Below are positions 20,491 through 30,583 of a stretch of DNA of 64,000 bases, one piece after another (the stretch's first letter is position 1; each line of letters begins with the position of its first letter). The translations under genes were made by a program, and so were the position numbers. This DNA comes from Longimicrobiales bacterium. Its GTDB lineage: Bacteria; Gemmatimonadota; Gemmatimonadetes; Longimicrobiales; Gaopeijiaceae. The DNA is taken from NCBI GenBank assembly GCA_965219445.1, contig CBDCNQ010000004.1, positions 1,024,001 to 1,088,000 of the forward strand, in the 5' to 3' direction. The notes under the pieces were generated by a model. The model worked only from the letters and a program-made list of their open reading frames with translations, searched no databases and was not told the DNA's origin.

Positions 20491-20532
20491 CAACTAGGAG
20501 GGCCCGACCTTGCGGCCGGGCCCTCCTAGTTG
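20491..20532 (-). terminator. Hairpin terminator, the intron target site
   Basis: CAACTAGGAGGGCCC / GGGCCCTCCTAGTTG 15-bp perfect stem downstream of the surface-protein relic. Confidence 0.8.
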
Positions 20533-20555
20533 GGACTGTACAGTTCAGTTAGAGA

Positions 20556-21010
20556 TCACTTTTAAATCACGACCGAAACTGCCGGCGCGGACAGGGCTGC
20601 GCCCTTGTTGTCCTTCACGCCGAAGGCAACGATATGCCCATCGTACTCACCCTTGCTACCCACCGCATCCGCGAGCGCGGACTCGCTGATGGTCATCGCG
20701 TAGATCTACTTGCGCGAGTCGTTATCAGTGGTAGCATCATCGGTATCGAGATTGGCGTCGAAGTCTTGCGCACCGGCCGCAGAGCCATCCACTGAGCCGA
20801 TGTACTTGAGCACTGTCTCGTCGGTGTCATCATCACCATCGATGTCGAACGTCCCGGTGGTAGCGTAGAAGTCGATACGCGTTAGAGGGTTATCCCTGAG
20901 GCCCTCGCGGCCAACCACTTCCTCAACTTCTTCGACCGTTTCGTCAACATCCGTGGTTTGGGGGTCGTCTTCTACTGCGGTTACCCCCACAACCGGCATC
21001 ACAAAGAAGC
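20556..21010 (-). pseudogene. C-terminal relic of a surface lipoprotein paralogous to 24232..27231, cut by IS256, with internal stops
   Basis: EGLRDNPLTRIDFYA...LKYIGSVDGSAAG versus EGLASNPVSRVDFYA...LKLIASVNGNTAG; in-frame TAG at 20706. Confidence 0.75.
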
Positions 21011-21526
21011 GAGGTTGGGTCAATAGGTGTGTAAACGTATCAGGCGGCGTTTTTCCGCTGTTGGGTTGAGACGGGCTTTCCGTCTTCGAACTTCCTTCCT
21101 TCAAACACGTCCTTGAGGAGGTGAGGAGCGTCGAGCCTTCGGAACCGCTTCTCGGCCACCAAGAGCAACTTCCAGATCAGCGCCGTAGCGCTCTCCACCC
21201 GCTTGAATCGCTTCACCGCCGTCGTCCTGAGCCGTAGCGCAGCGAACGGGCTCTCGACCACGTTCGTCGTGCCTAGATGCTTCCAGTGATCCTCGGGGAA
21301 GTCGTAGAACGCCACCATCCGCTCCCAGTCGTCCTCGAGTACGTCCACCGCCTTCGGATACCACGGTCTGTAGCGCCTGGCGAACACTTCGCGGGCCTTC
21401 ACAGCCTCGGCCCGGCTCGGTGCGTAGACCACGGCCCTGAGAAGATCCTTCGCCTCGCTCTGCTCCCGCTGCGGCAGCCGGTCCAGCACGTTCCTCATCT
21501 TGTGGTTCCAGCACCGTTGACCTGAC
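21011..21526 (-). mobile_element. IS256-family element, 3' fragment with terminal IR
   Basis: QRCWNHKMRN and TTNVVES motifs; terminal GAGGTTGGGTCAATAGGTGTGTAAA. Confidence 0.8.
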
Positions 21527-22225
21527 TGACCTGCCCCCAAGAGCGGTACCACATCCTATGTTAGTCCCAGCACCTGTGGAGGGCCGTTAAGGACGGGCAT
21601 CCTCAGGAACCAGGGCGACGGCTTAATCGCCTCAGGGGCCGGGGGAAAGCCGCCGCAGGCGCTGTGGGGTCGGATGGTATTGTACTCGCGCCTCCATTGC
21701 TCGACCAGCACGGCCGCCTGCGCCAACGAATAGAAGATCTCCCCGTTCAACAGCTCGTCCCTGAGCTTGCCGTTGAAGCTCTCGTTGTAGCCGTTCTCCC
21801 ACGGGCTGCCCGGCTCGATAAAGAGCGTCTCGGCGCCCACGCGCCCCAACCACCGCCGCACGAACTTCGCGGTGAACTCCGGTCTCCGGTCCGTTGTCCG
21901 ACCTCAGATACTCGGGAGGCCCGTGTCGGACGAACAGATCGGCCAGCACCTCGAGCACGTCGTGCGAGCGGATCTTGCGAGCCACCACGATCGCCAGGCA
22001 CTCCCTCGTGTGCTCGTCCAGCACTGTCAGCAGCTTCAGCGCACGCCCGTCGTGCGTCCTCGAGGCCACGAAGTCGTACGACCAGACGTGGCCCCGATAC
22101 AGCGGCCTCAGCCGGATGCACGATCCGTCGTTGAGCCACAGCCGACCTCGCTTCGGCTGCCGCTCCGGCACCTTCAGCCCCTCCTGCCTCCAGATCCGCT
22201 CCACCCGCTTGTGGTTCACCGGCGA
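21527..22225 (-). mobile_element. IS3-family element, OrfB 3' part with frameshift at about 21885 and its right IR
   Basis: VNHKRVERIW, WSYDFV, LRSDNGPE, PGSPWENGYNESFNGKLRDELLN and YNTIRPHS; IR ends ...GGGGGCAGGTCA. Confidence 0.9.
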
Positions 22226-22245
22226 TTGACCGGTAGCATTTTCGA

Positions 22246-23262
22246 TCACATATCCGGTGCGATCGTCTCGCCGTTCCAGTTCTCTGGGAACGGCTGGTAC
22301 TCGGTAAACGGGTAGGTGCGCTGGTGCAGTGGACGTCCGCCATCCCGGATAGGCATGGCAGCAGGAGTGGTGCAGCATTCGATGAAGTCCCAGATAGCGT
22401 CTACACGCATACCGAAATTTAGGCTACCCACGCCAATACGCACGAGATCTCCATCGGTATCGGTTACCCTGGCTTCTATGCCCGCATAGTTAATGGCGAT
22501 TACCCATCCGTATTGGTCGAACACCGGGCTGCCGCTAGTGCCTCCCGTGGTATTGAAGTTGTATTGCACCTCGACATATTCGGCGTCCCCTGACCCTTGG
22601 ATCCTGAGGGCGCTGATAGTGCCATCCTTGAATGTGGCGTTGACCGTGTTATCAGCATCTCCTCCCGTGAACTGCAGCTCACCGGGGAATCCCAAAGTCG
22701 CTACGGGCTGCCCTATACGGAGGCCATCCACCTGTTCACGAGGAATGAGTGACAGGACCTCTTCTTCTCCGGATAGATTGTCATCGAGGAAGAATACCCC
22801 GACATCGGGAGTGTCACCGACGGCCTCTGTAGAGTCATAGGCAGGATGGATTAAACCTGGATCAGGTATCACGTACGCGTCCTGACCCCCGAGCATGCTA
22901 CCCGACCTAAAGGCAACGCCCTCTGGGTTTCTGTCGGACAAAATGTCAAGTCGCTCCTCCAGCCCCTGTACGACATGGGCATTGGTCCAGAGGGCATTGG
23001 GGTACTCGGCATTGAATCCGGTGCCGATCACCGATAGGCGACGCGATCCACTAGGGTGATCGAACAATACTCCTATACCAAACACGCCAGCCTCGAGGTT
23101 CTCACTCTCAACAACCTCACCCCAGTCAAACGGCTCGCCCGTCTCTCCTTGGGGCCCCTGTGGCCCCCCTGGCCCCTGTGGACCCGTAGGTCCGATCGGA
23201 CCCTCGCAACTGACCGTGAGTAGTGCTACTAAGACAAAGAGGGCTACGCGGGGCATCGTCAA
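22246..23262 (-). CDS. Trypsin-like serine protease lipoprotein with a short collagen-like repeat
   Basis: Lipobox LTVSC, GPTGPQGPGGPQGPQGETG, TNAHVV, PDVG and GTSGSP catalytic motifs. Confidence 0.85.
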   Translation of the reverse strand: MTMPRVALFVLVALLTVSCEGPIGPTGPQGPGGPQGPQGETGEPFDWGEVVESENLEAGVFGIGVLFDHPSGSRRLSVIGTGFNAEYPNALWTNAHVVQGLEERLDILSDRNPEGVAFRSGSMLGGQDAYVIPDPGLIHPAYDSTEAVGDTPDVGVFFLDDNLSGEEEVLSLIPREQVDGLRIGQPVATLGFPGELQFTGGDADNTVNATFKDGTISALRIQGSGDAEYVEVQYNFNTTGGTSGSPVFDQYGWVIAINYAGIEARVTDTDGDLVRIGVGSLNFGMRVDAIWDFIECCTTPAAMPIRDGGRPLHQRTYPFTEYQPFPENWNGETIAPDM

Positions 23263-23310
23263 TCTCCTAAACGTCGATCACAAAGGCGGCGGGGCATTCG
23301 TCAGCGGAAT

Positions 23311-23336
23311 TGACCTGCCCCCAAGAGTGGTACCAC
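23311..23336. mobile_element. Solo IS3 terminal inverted repeat
   Basis: TGACCTGCCCCCAAGAGTGGTACCAC, 25/26 identical to 21527-21552. Confidence 0.75.
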
Positions 23337-23470
23337 AGACCCGGGTCGACCTCGAGCAGATGATCAGAATCATCTCGGTGCTGTTCTACGGGTTTCGACT
23401 GGGCGGCCGGGACGACCTGGACGAGATCGCGGCCGCGATCGCTGCGGTGGTGTTGGAACTCCCGCCTGAA

Positions 23471-24154
23471 ATCGGATAGGAGGGGGACTCGCGCCCCCCC
23501 GTCCCCCCACACCACCGGATGTACGGGTCTCGTATCCGGCGGTTCCCCTCAGCTTTGTAGCGCCAAGTACCTCAGCGCCAGGGCTCGATTCCCCTCCGAC
23601 GCCGACAGCGCTTGCCGCTCCCCTGTGGGCGCAAATCGGCTTCCGGCCTCTCCGCCTCCCAAGGGGCGCACCGCGGCCCTCTCCCCGAACAGCGAGAGCT
23701 GGTCCGTCATGCCTTCCCGCGGCTCCGCGACCACCGAGTCATCCGGGTCTGCTCCCTACACCAAGAAGTTCAGCCCTTCCCAGCACGTACCGCGCCGGTA
23801 CTTTGGCGTCTGCTGCCTCCTCCGTGCCTATCCATCGTCATCGCTGACGCTGTAGTCCGGATCAACCGGACAGGCCCAGAGGCCTCCCAGGGTAAGCCCT
23901 GTCTCTTTCCCGCAGTCCCCGCCGGATTTACCCCCGCCGCGTCCGGGTAGCTTTCGGGCGTCACCGTCCGATGCCGCCTCACCCCGCGGTCATGGGCCTT
24001 GTATCCGATTCCTGTTCGTCGGGGCCGCGTTTCGCCTCCGGCTTCCTTCAGATCCTGCCTCACGACGGGTACCCTTGCCCTCGGCTATCCGGTTCGGTGC
24101 TACCTCCGTCCGTTGGAGACTCTCACTCCAGACACAGGCCATCACCTGGCACGC
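23471..24154 (-). mobile_element. ORF-less (RT-deleted) group IIC intron, about 684 nt
   Basis: 5' GCGTGCCAGG follows a terminator. DI motif GACGAACAGGAATCGGATA is shared with the full intron. It has a DIII/GAAGGGCTGAAC junction, DV GAACCGCCGGATACG..., a 3' CCTATCCGAT, and only a 53-codon fused ORF relic. Confidence 0.85.
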
Positions 24155-24155
24155 C

Positions 24156-24191
24156 AAAAGGAAGGGCCCGGCCATGTGGCCGGACCCTTCC
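24156..24191 (-). terminator. Rho-independent terminator of the surface lipoprotein gene, the intron target site
   Basis: GGAAGGGTCCGGCCAC/ATGGCCGGGCCCTTCC hairpin followed by TTTT on the minus strand. Confidence 0.8.
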
Positions 24192-24231
24192 AAGTCCCCT
24201 CAGGAGAAACTTCCTCTAGCGACTGACTCTG

Positions 24232-27231
24232 CTACTCTTCAACCGTGATTTGGAACGGTTCCGAATACACGCCTACGCCAGCGCTATTCACAGCCACGGC
24301 AATGATATAACCAGTCGTGAAATCACCGCTCCCCCCAACAGCTTCCAGGAAGGCGTCCGTGCTGATGTCGATGCCGTAGACGTATGTGCGCACACCAGCA
24401 TCGTCTGCCGAACCGGCAGTATTACCATTCACCGAAGCGATGAGCTTGAGTGCATCCGAGCCAACACCATAGGCGACCGGAGGTATCCTGTCGGCGGCAC
24501 CCTCGGCGCTACTGACCTTTCTTAAAGCGACCGCAGCGTAGAAGTCCACGCGCGACACCGGGTTACTCGCAAGCCCTTCCACGCCCGGCACCTCGGCGGC
24601 AAACTCGATGTTGTTGGCGTCATCCGCCTCGACTGCTTCGACTGCCTTCGAGAACGCATTCGTTCCTGCAAGCTCTGCCCTGAGCTCGACCACGCCGTCA
24701 TCTTCTACGGTCTCGTCGACCGTGAAGGTTTGGAAGACCTTGTCGTAGGCGGGGGCATCGTCCATTTCCTGATCCTCAAAGGAAATGTTTGTGGCAGCGG
24801 TCCGAATAAGGAACCCGTCGTTGTCAAGAGCAAGAGGACCTAGGGCACCTTCGGCCAGCTCGTTGCTGCTTCCAGCCTGGTCAACGGCGACAACCCCTAT
24901 CGACAGGAGTTCCATAACGGTCGTCGGACTGGTGACACTATGCAGACCTCGGAGGATCTGCACCGTGAGGGGTGGTGATGTAAGGTGACTTTGTGTCAGA
25001 GCGGCGTTGTAGTCGTCGACCGCCACACCACCCTCTCTCGGCAGAACTAGGCCGCGATTACCAATCACAGCACCAGTACCAAGGTTGAGGTCCTGATTAT
25101 CCTCAGCAAACCTCATTTCCGCCCAGTACTTGGCGATCGAGAGATTGTCCGTCACGGTAACGGTGAGAGGGTAGGAGCCTTTGTCATAGGCGCCAACGAT
25201 CACGCCCACATTCGGGGGCTCGTTGTCATTAACGGCCGTTCTCACGCGCTGCTCAGAGCGATTGCCGGCCTTATCCCGCACCTCCGCCGTAAAGGTGTAG
25301 TAGCCGTCATCGGTGTCAGCAGCGACAAGGCCGCTCGTCGTAGCTAGAGGATCGTTGAAGTCAAGTCCCCCAGCGAGCTCGCACACTCCTGATACTGACT
25401 CCTCCCCAGCCGCGCCGCCCACGTCGGGGTCGTCGCCGCAAATCATCTTGCCATCCGTACCTCGGACTTCGACCTTCGCAAGCACGGGATCTGAGTGCAG
25501 ACCGGACTTGCCTGTGGACCCGCCTGCGTCCGCCACCTGCACCTGGAACTCTTTCAGACTGGTGCCATCTTCCCTCGCACTAGAGGCCGAGAATTCGATC
25601 GTCGGCGCTGTCACATCCAAACCGGCCCGGATACCTGCGGGTATGTCCCCCCGGGCATCGGCTATGTCATCATCGTTCTCAGCGTCCTCAGCCATCTTGA
25701 GCACATCAACAGCTGCCTGGTAAGCTGCGTCAGTCACGCAGGGCTTCCCGGCTGACGGCAGCTTCGACTCGTTACCGAGCAGGTCCACAGCAGTAGCGAT
25801 TACGCATGCGGCGTTCTTCTTCGTGGCCGCTGTGGGGAAGGCATTAGCAGTAGCCTCACGAGCGCCGTCGACAATAGACGGAGTGGTGGACGAGAACCTC
25901 AGCTGCGGAGCGTACCCACCGACACCCTCTTTGTCTTCGTTATAGACAAGCCACCCATCCTCATTTCTGCTTGAGTGATACTTGTCCAGGAAGTCCACGT
26001 CCCGGTTGACCCAGCCATCCTCACGATCGTTGGGGTTGACTTTGAAGTACGGTGCGTCTGGGCCTTCATAATCCAGGTAAAGCGGGAACACGTCATCGTT
26101 CAGAATATCTACCTCTGCATCCGCAATGACGAATACAGGGGAGTCTCCGGCCGGGTCAGTAACGACTTCATCAATTACAGTCGCAGCCGTGTTGCTTGTT
26201 GCATCGCATTCCGGAGTAAACGTGACTGAAGTTTCGGAAGTTTCGGTGGCAGCATCGGCGCCACAGAATGCGAGAAGCGTCACCGAAACCGAAGCAGCGC
26301 TGCCCCCCGAGTACAGGATCGGCAAAGCGGTCATCTCAAGCGCGGCCTCCGGGCCACCGTACCACCTCTGGCCCGTCTCCGAGTTCATCGCGCCTTCACC
26401 GAGACCACTCACGGTCACCTGCACGCCATCGTCATTGCCGAATTCGCGAGGATGGGATCCCGACTCGATGGGCTCGTCACTACTCGCAACCATGAGCTTT
26501 GCCGAGATCATGCGCTCACCGTTCATGTAGGTCGGCTCACCTGTGACCTCATCGTACTCGGCCGAATTAAACGACAGGACGAAGGGGTGTACGGCCTGCT
26601 GCGCCGCCCGTTCGCCATCCTCGCCCTCCGGGGCCGCCGCCACCACCGAGGCACCGTCAAAAGACCGGATTTCGGCCACAACCCCGTCCACGAGCACGGA
26701 CAACTTCCTGAGCATCTGGTCGCCGAGCTCGACACTGAGCGTGACGCTTACCCTGCGGCTCAGGACCTCGTCGTCCTCGTCGTCCTTGTCACTGTTCTTG
26801 ATCGAGGCAATGAACAGCAAGGCACGCTCAGCCATGTCCTCGAGTATCGTGAGCCCAGCGGCCGTGTTGACGGTCGCGCCACCCTTCGTCACGGCGGCGG
26901 TAATCGTCACTCCGCCTGCCGCGACAGCCGTTGCCGCGCAGCCCGCTGAGGTCATAATCACTGTCGCCTTGCTCGGATCCGACGAGGCACAGGTCCAGCT
27001 AGCCGCCTCGCCCGCCACCCCACCCGATACGCTGACGGCGAAGACAACGGTACCTCCCACCCCGATCGTTTGTGAAGCAGGAGCCATCGTGACCACGACC
27101 GGCGGCGGCGGCGGCGTCGGCGGCACCGGCGGCGCGACCGGCGCGACCGGGTCGTCATCGTCACCACAACTGGCCACGCCTATAGTGAGCGCGAGTAATG
27201 CGACACCTGCGAACCGAACAAACTTCTTCAT
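24232..27231 (-). CDS. Large acidic surface lipoprotein with Pro-rich linker and Ig-like domains (S-layer/adhesin-like)
   Basis: MKKFVRF...GVASC lipobox, PVAPVAPPVPPTPPPPP, a Big_2-like segment (W.CASSDPSKATV) and D..APT/AEVRDKAGN Ig-like motifs. Confidence 0.8.
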   Translation of the reverse strand: MKKFVRFAGVALLALTIGVASCGDDDDPVAPVAPPVPPTPPPPPVVVTMAPASQTIGVGGTVVFAVSVSGGVAGEAASWTCASSDPSKATVIMTSAGCAATAVAAGGVTITAAVTKGGATVNTAAGLTILEDMAERALLFIASIKNSDKDDEDDEVLSRRVSVTLSVELGDQMLRKLSVLVDGVVAEIRSFDGASVVAAAPEGEDGERAAQQAVHPFVLSFNSAEYDEVTGEPTYMNGERMISAKLMVASSDEPIESGSHPREFGNDDGVQVTVSGLGEGAMNSETGQRWYGGPEAALEMTALPILYSGGSAASVSVTLLAFCGADAATETSETSVTFTPECDATSNTAATVIDEVVTDPAGDSPVFVIADAEVDILNDDVFPLYLDYEGPDAPYFKVNPNDREDGWVNRDVDFLDKYHSSRNEDGWLVYNEDKEGVGGYAPQLRFSSTTPSIVDGAREATANAFPTAATKKNAACVIATAVDLLGNESKLPSAGKPCVTDAAYQAAVDVLKMAEDAENDDDIADARGDIPAGIRAGLDVTAPTIEFSASSAREDGTSLKEFQVQVADAGGSTGKSGLHSDPVLAKVEVRGTDGKMICGDDPDVGGAAGEESVSGVCELAGGLDFNDPLATTSGLVAADTDDGYYTFTAEVRDKAGNRSEQRVRTAVNDNEPPNVGVIVGAYDKGSYPLTVTVTDNLSIAKYWAEMRFAEDNQDLNLGTGAVIGNRGLVLPREGGVAVDDYNAALTQSHLTSPPLTVQILRGLHSVTSPTTVMELLSIGVVAVDQAGSSNELAEGALGPLALDNDGFLIRTAATNISFEDQEMDDAPAYDKVFQTFTVDETVEDDGVVELRAELAGTNAFSKAVEAVEADDANNIEFAAEVPGVEGLASNPVSRVDFYAAVALRKVSSAEGAADRIPPVAYGVGSDALKLIASVNGNTAGSADDAGVRTYVYGIDISTDAFLEAVGGSGDFTTGYIIAVAVNSAGVGVYSEPFQITVEE

Positions 27232-27466
27232 GGCCCTTCTCCCTATCTGGATGAAAAACGCGCTCGACACGAGATCTAAAATGCGCTCGACCCTCTTTCT
27301 TTTCAAGGGTGCGTGATGGCACAGCTTACCGCCAACACCCGGAAGTGCGCAAGAGGCGAGGGGGAGCGGGAAACCAGCCGCCAGGGTCGGAGGCTTTTTT
27401 CGGGAACACCTTTCGCCATGTGACGGGGCCGGGCAGCTCGGCCCATTTCACGTCGGATCCCATCTC

Positions 27467-27514
27467 TTCATGCCATGAAACCTGTTTCCATTCATGCCAT
27501 GAAACCTGTTTCCA
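27467..27514. repeat. Perfect 24-bp tandem duplication TTCATGCCATGAAACCTGTTTCCA
   Basis: Directly visible; a 12-bp duplication TCCTTATACAGC is nearby at 27555-27578. Confidence 0.9.
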
Positions 27515-27881
27515 TCGGCTCCACTGTGCCGTTACTGTGCCCAGATTGATCCTTTCCTTATACAGCTCCTTATACAGCGGCGTCCAAAACGTTGTGCCGA
27601 TCGACGGAGCCATCCGGCTTTCTCAAGCGGCTGATGATGTCCCAAACCCTGTGGGCGATCGTCCCGGGGGTAGGCTCTGTGACGTTATTCCGCGTGACTC
27701 TCACCCCCAGATTCCTCGCCCGGATCTCCTCACCCCTCTCAATCCTCTCCATCATCAGACGAACGAGCTCAGGATGGGAGTCCCCACCACAGAGGGTGAG
27801 CATTACCGCCAGCCACCGTTCAAACCGGAGCCCATCGTCGTCATCGCCTTGGATGGTGAGCTTGATGGGATCTCTTGCCAT
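27490..27881 (-). pseudogene. Small phage/ICE-type hypothetical protein, disrupted near 27570
   Basis: PTPGTIAHRVWDII..RHNVLDAAV continues in another frame as INLGTVTAQWSRWK. Confidence 0.4.
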
Positions 27882-28417
27882 CAGAGTTTTAGAACCCCCC
27901 CGGGGGAGCAGGGGGGGACGCGACGGGCCCTGGGGGGGTGTAGAAGCGGCGTAGTGGTAGACGGTTGATTTTCACTGCTCCCTCACCCCGCGAATATCTC
28001 CAGTCAGGAACGCCGATCATAGGGCCATCGGCCCTCCGCAAGTCCCGCCCGAAGCATTCGACGTGACAGGGCGCTAGGTCGCCGCCGCCGGGGCAGCGGA
28101 TTTGGCTTGCCGTTCAACATGGGCTCGGCTCCGGGCTACGGCGAAGCCCCTAGCGGCTAGATAGGGGGCCAGTTCGGCGGTAGACCCGGGAGAAGCGGAC
28201 CTCCCCAAGATGCACCGCCAGCATAAGCCGAGCGGACCCGACCCCCCCAGGCAACCGGAAGACCCGGCCCGGCTCGCCGCAGCGACCTTCGGTCGCGCTT
28301 TCGACTCCCTCGGCTTGGGAGACATCACACACCCCTTTCTCGCTGGACCCCATCCTCGTTGCCAATCTACTGTCCAGTGAAATCAGGGGCGCTTCCGATT
28401 GGCACGGCTCCTGACCC

Positions 28418-29134
28418 TCACAGTCGCCTTGCGACCCAGACGGCTCGTCCGACGATGCGGATTTCATCGACGAGGCGTTCGTAGCTGTCGTACTCGGGGT
28501 TGGCCGACTTGATCACCACCCTGGGCGGTTCGGAGTGGGGCACATGCTCGATCCGCTTGGTGACGAGTCCCATTCCGTCCCAGATCACGAAGATGCCCGG
28601 CGGGACCGGGACCTGCCGGCTCACGTCGATCAGGATCCGGTCGCCGCTCGAGAAGAGCGGCTCCATCGAGTCCCCGTCGACAGTGATCATCCGCAGATCC
28701 TCTGGCCTGGCCTGGAATTCATGGCGGATGAGGGGATCGGCGAGAAGCCACGTCGCCTTGGTCTGCTCCACCTCTTCGTTCCAGGCCCCCGGGCCCGCCG
28801 CCGCGCGGACGTCGATCTCGGGCACCGCGCTGTAGCCCATCGGAACGGCGCGCGGGTCGGCCGAGGGCGGCTGTGGACGTGCTTCCCCACTCGGGGGCCG
28901 GCCGTGCTTGATCTCTTCTGGGCTGCAGCCCAGGTGCTTCGCCAAGGCCTCGCGGTCGTCCTCGGCCAGGACACGGGGCGTGCCCCGGTGGATGAACTGG
29001 TGCAGGTAGGCCGCGTTTCGTCCGATGGCGAGCGACGCCATCCGCAGGTTCGAGCGATTCTCCGCAATCAGCCCGAGGATCCGCTGGCGAACCGGGTCCA
29101 TCGCCGTGTCGTCGTATCTCGTTGCCCGTCCCAT
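28418..29134 (-). CDS. CI/LexA-like repressor (HTH plus S24 peptidase)
   Basis: N-terminal HTH; AAAG cleavage-site motif, VDGDSMEP and KRI catalytic motifs, SANPEY. Confidence 0.9.
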   Translation of the reverse strand: MGRATRYDDTAMDPVRQRILGLIAENRSNLRMASLAIGRNAAYLHQFIHRGTPRVLAEDDREALAKHLGCSPEEIKHGRPPSGEARPQPPSADPRAVPMGYSAVPEIDVRAAAGPGAWNEEVEQTKATWLLADPLIRHEFQARPEDLRMITVDGDSMEPLFSSGDRILIDVSRQVPVPPGIFVIWDGMGLVTKRIEHVPHSEPPRVVIKSANPEYDSYERLVDEIRIVGRAVWVARRL

Positions 29135-29137
29135 ATG

Positions 29138-29425
29138 GTGGGATATTACCTACTATATGTCGCCGGCACAACAGGACACCCCGACTCGGGGACGGCGAAC
29201 GTAGGAATCACCCCGTAGCTCCTCGGCTCGACTGGTAGCACCCTCCGGGCGGGCTTCCGGCTAGAGCGGGCCGCCCACACGGCTGAATCCATCTCGATCA
29301 AGGCTTGCAGAGCGTCGAGCGGGTGTTCCGGGACCCGCTCGAGGCCACGCTGGCGGAGCGTCGCCGGACCCCCATTTCCGTATCTCGTTGCTCCGCAAGC
29401 ACGTGGGAAATGTCCTATTTCCTAC
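29138..29425. promoter_or_regulatory. Putative operator sites of a divergent CI/Cro-like switch
   Basis: Related imperfect palindromes GTGGGATATTACCTAC (29138) and GTGGGAAATGTCCTATTTCCTAC (29403), and a half-site GTAGGAA (29201). Confidence 0.45.
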
Positions 29426-29466
29426 CGACTTGCGTAATTTGCCAACAGGGTATCTGGTGCACTGGT

Positions 29467-29736
29467 ATGGAGAGCCTGACGAAGCAGTTCGAGGAGCGGA
29501 TTGCGGAGTTCCTTCGGCGCACGCAGCTGACGCCGTCGGAGTTCGGTGAGCGGGCGATCGGCGACCGGAAGTTCTGTGGAGACTTGCGGCGCGGCCGTTC
29601 GCCGAGGTTGGCGACCGTGGACCGGGTTATGGCGTTCATGGAGGCCTACGAGGGGGCTGCGCACGGGGCTCGCGGTTCAACCAGCAGGGAGAGCCTCGGC
29701 GATTCTTCCTCGACAGCAGGAGAGACGGAGCGATGA
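29467..29736 (+). CDS. Cro-like small DNA-binding protein
   Basis: IAEFL...PSEFG..AIGD.KF..DLRRGRSPRLATVDRV; divergent from the CI-like gene. Confidence 0.65.
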   Translation: MESLTKQFEERIAEFLRRTQLTPSEFGERAIGDRKFCGDLRRGRSPRLATVDRVMAFMEAYEGAAHGARGSTSRESLGDSSSTAGETER

Positions 29737-29960
29737 CACGAGCGGTCGAGCCGGGCAGGGACACCCCCGCCCGCATCATTCGGTTTCACCAAGTGCAAGC
29801 CCGCACGGGGCTGTCGCGGAGCACGATCTATCGGCGACTGGCCGGGGGCAGCTTCCCCCGGCCGCTATCGCTGGGCGCACGTGCGGTCGGCTGGATCGAG
29901 TCGGAGGTGGATGAGTGGATCCGCCAGCGGATCGCGGCGAGCCGCGGCGAGGCCGAGTGA
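29733..29960 (+). CDS. alpA: AlpA family transcriptional regulator
   Basis: VQARTGLSRSTIYR...FPRPLSLGARAVGWIESEVDEWI. Confidence 0.9.
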   Translation: MTRAVEPGRDTPARIIRFHQVQARTGLSRSTIYRRLAGGSFPRPLSLGARAVGWIESEVDEWIRQRIAASRGEAE

Positions 29961-29993
29961 TCGGCGCATTCAATGGAGACTAAGGAGCAGACG

Positions 29994-30281
29994 ATGCAAC
30001 GTTTCATAAGGACGGTACGAGCGGCTGCGTGGGCCGCGCTGTGGATGCTCATGCCCGGTCAGCTCTGGGCGCAGGGGACGAGCCCGTGGGTGGAGGCGGT
30101 CAATGAGCTCCAGGCGCAGTTCACGGGTCCGATCGCGAGGGGGCTGTCGCTGATCGCGATCGTGGTGGGCGGGCTGATGTTCGCGTTCGGTGAGGGCGGT
30201 AGCAAGCGGACGCTGGCCGGGATCATCTTCGGTCTCGGGATGGCGATGGGCGCGGCGAACTTCCTGGCGTGGCTCTTCTGA
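29994..30281 (+). CDS. TrbC/VirB2 family conjugative pilin
   Basis: Signal peptide, PW..L..FTGPIARGLSLIAIVVGGLMFAFGEGG. Confidence 0.85.
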   Translation: MQRFIRTVRAAAWAALWMLMPGQLWAQGTSPWVEAVNELQAQFTGPIARGLSLIAIVVGGLMFAFGEGGSKRTLAGIIFGLGMAMGAANFLAWLF

Positions 30282-30583
30282 TGAGGGGCCTGAGGCGCTG
30301 GGCCGGCTATGCGGCGTTGAACCGTCCGCTGACGATTCTGGGGGTCGAGCGTAGGGGGTTCCTCCTCGTCGCGACGCTCGGGCTCGCGATGTGGAACGCG
30401 ACGGCTTCGCTGGTGACGGGCGGCGTGGTGTTCGCGGTCGGCTTTGGGGCCGGATGGCTGGCCGGCCGCAAAGACCCGGACATGCTTGGCGTGCTCCGCG
30501 CCGGGACGCGTTATCCGGCCCGTTTCGACCCGGGCAAGTGGGCCGAAGAGCCGTGGCATCTCGTGATCCGGAGCGGGCGATGA
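30281..30583 (+). CDS. VirB3-like T4SS membrane protein
   Basis: LNRPLTILGVER, two TM segments and KDP motif; translationally coupled to the pilin. Confidence 0.75.
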   Translation: MRGLRRWAGYAALNRPLTILGVERRGFLLVATLGLAMWNATASLVTGGVVFAVGFGAGWLAGRKDPDMLGVLRAGTRYPARFDPGKWAEEPWHLVIRSGR

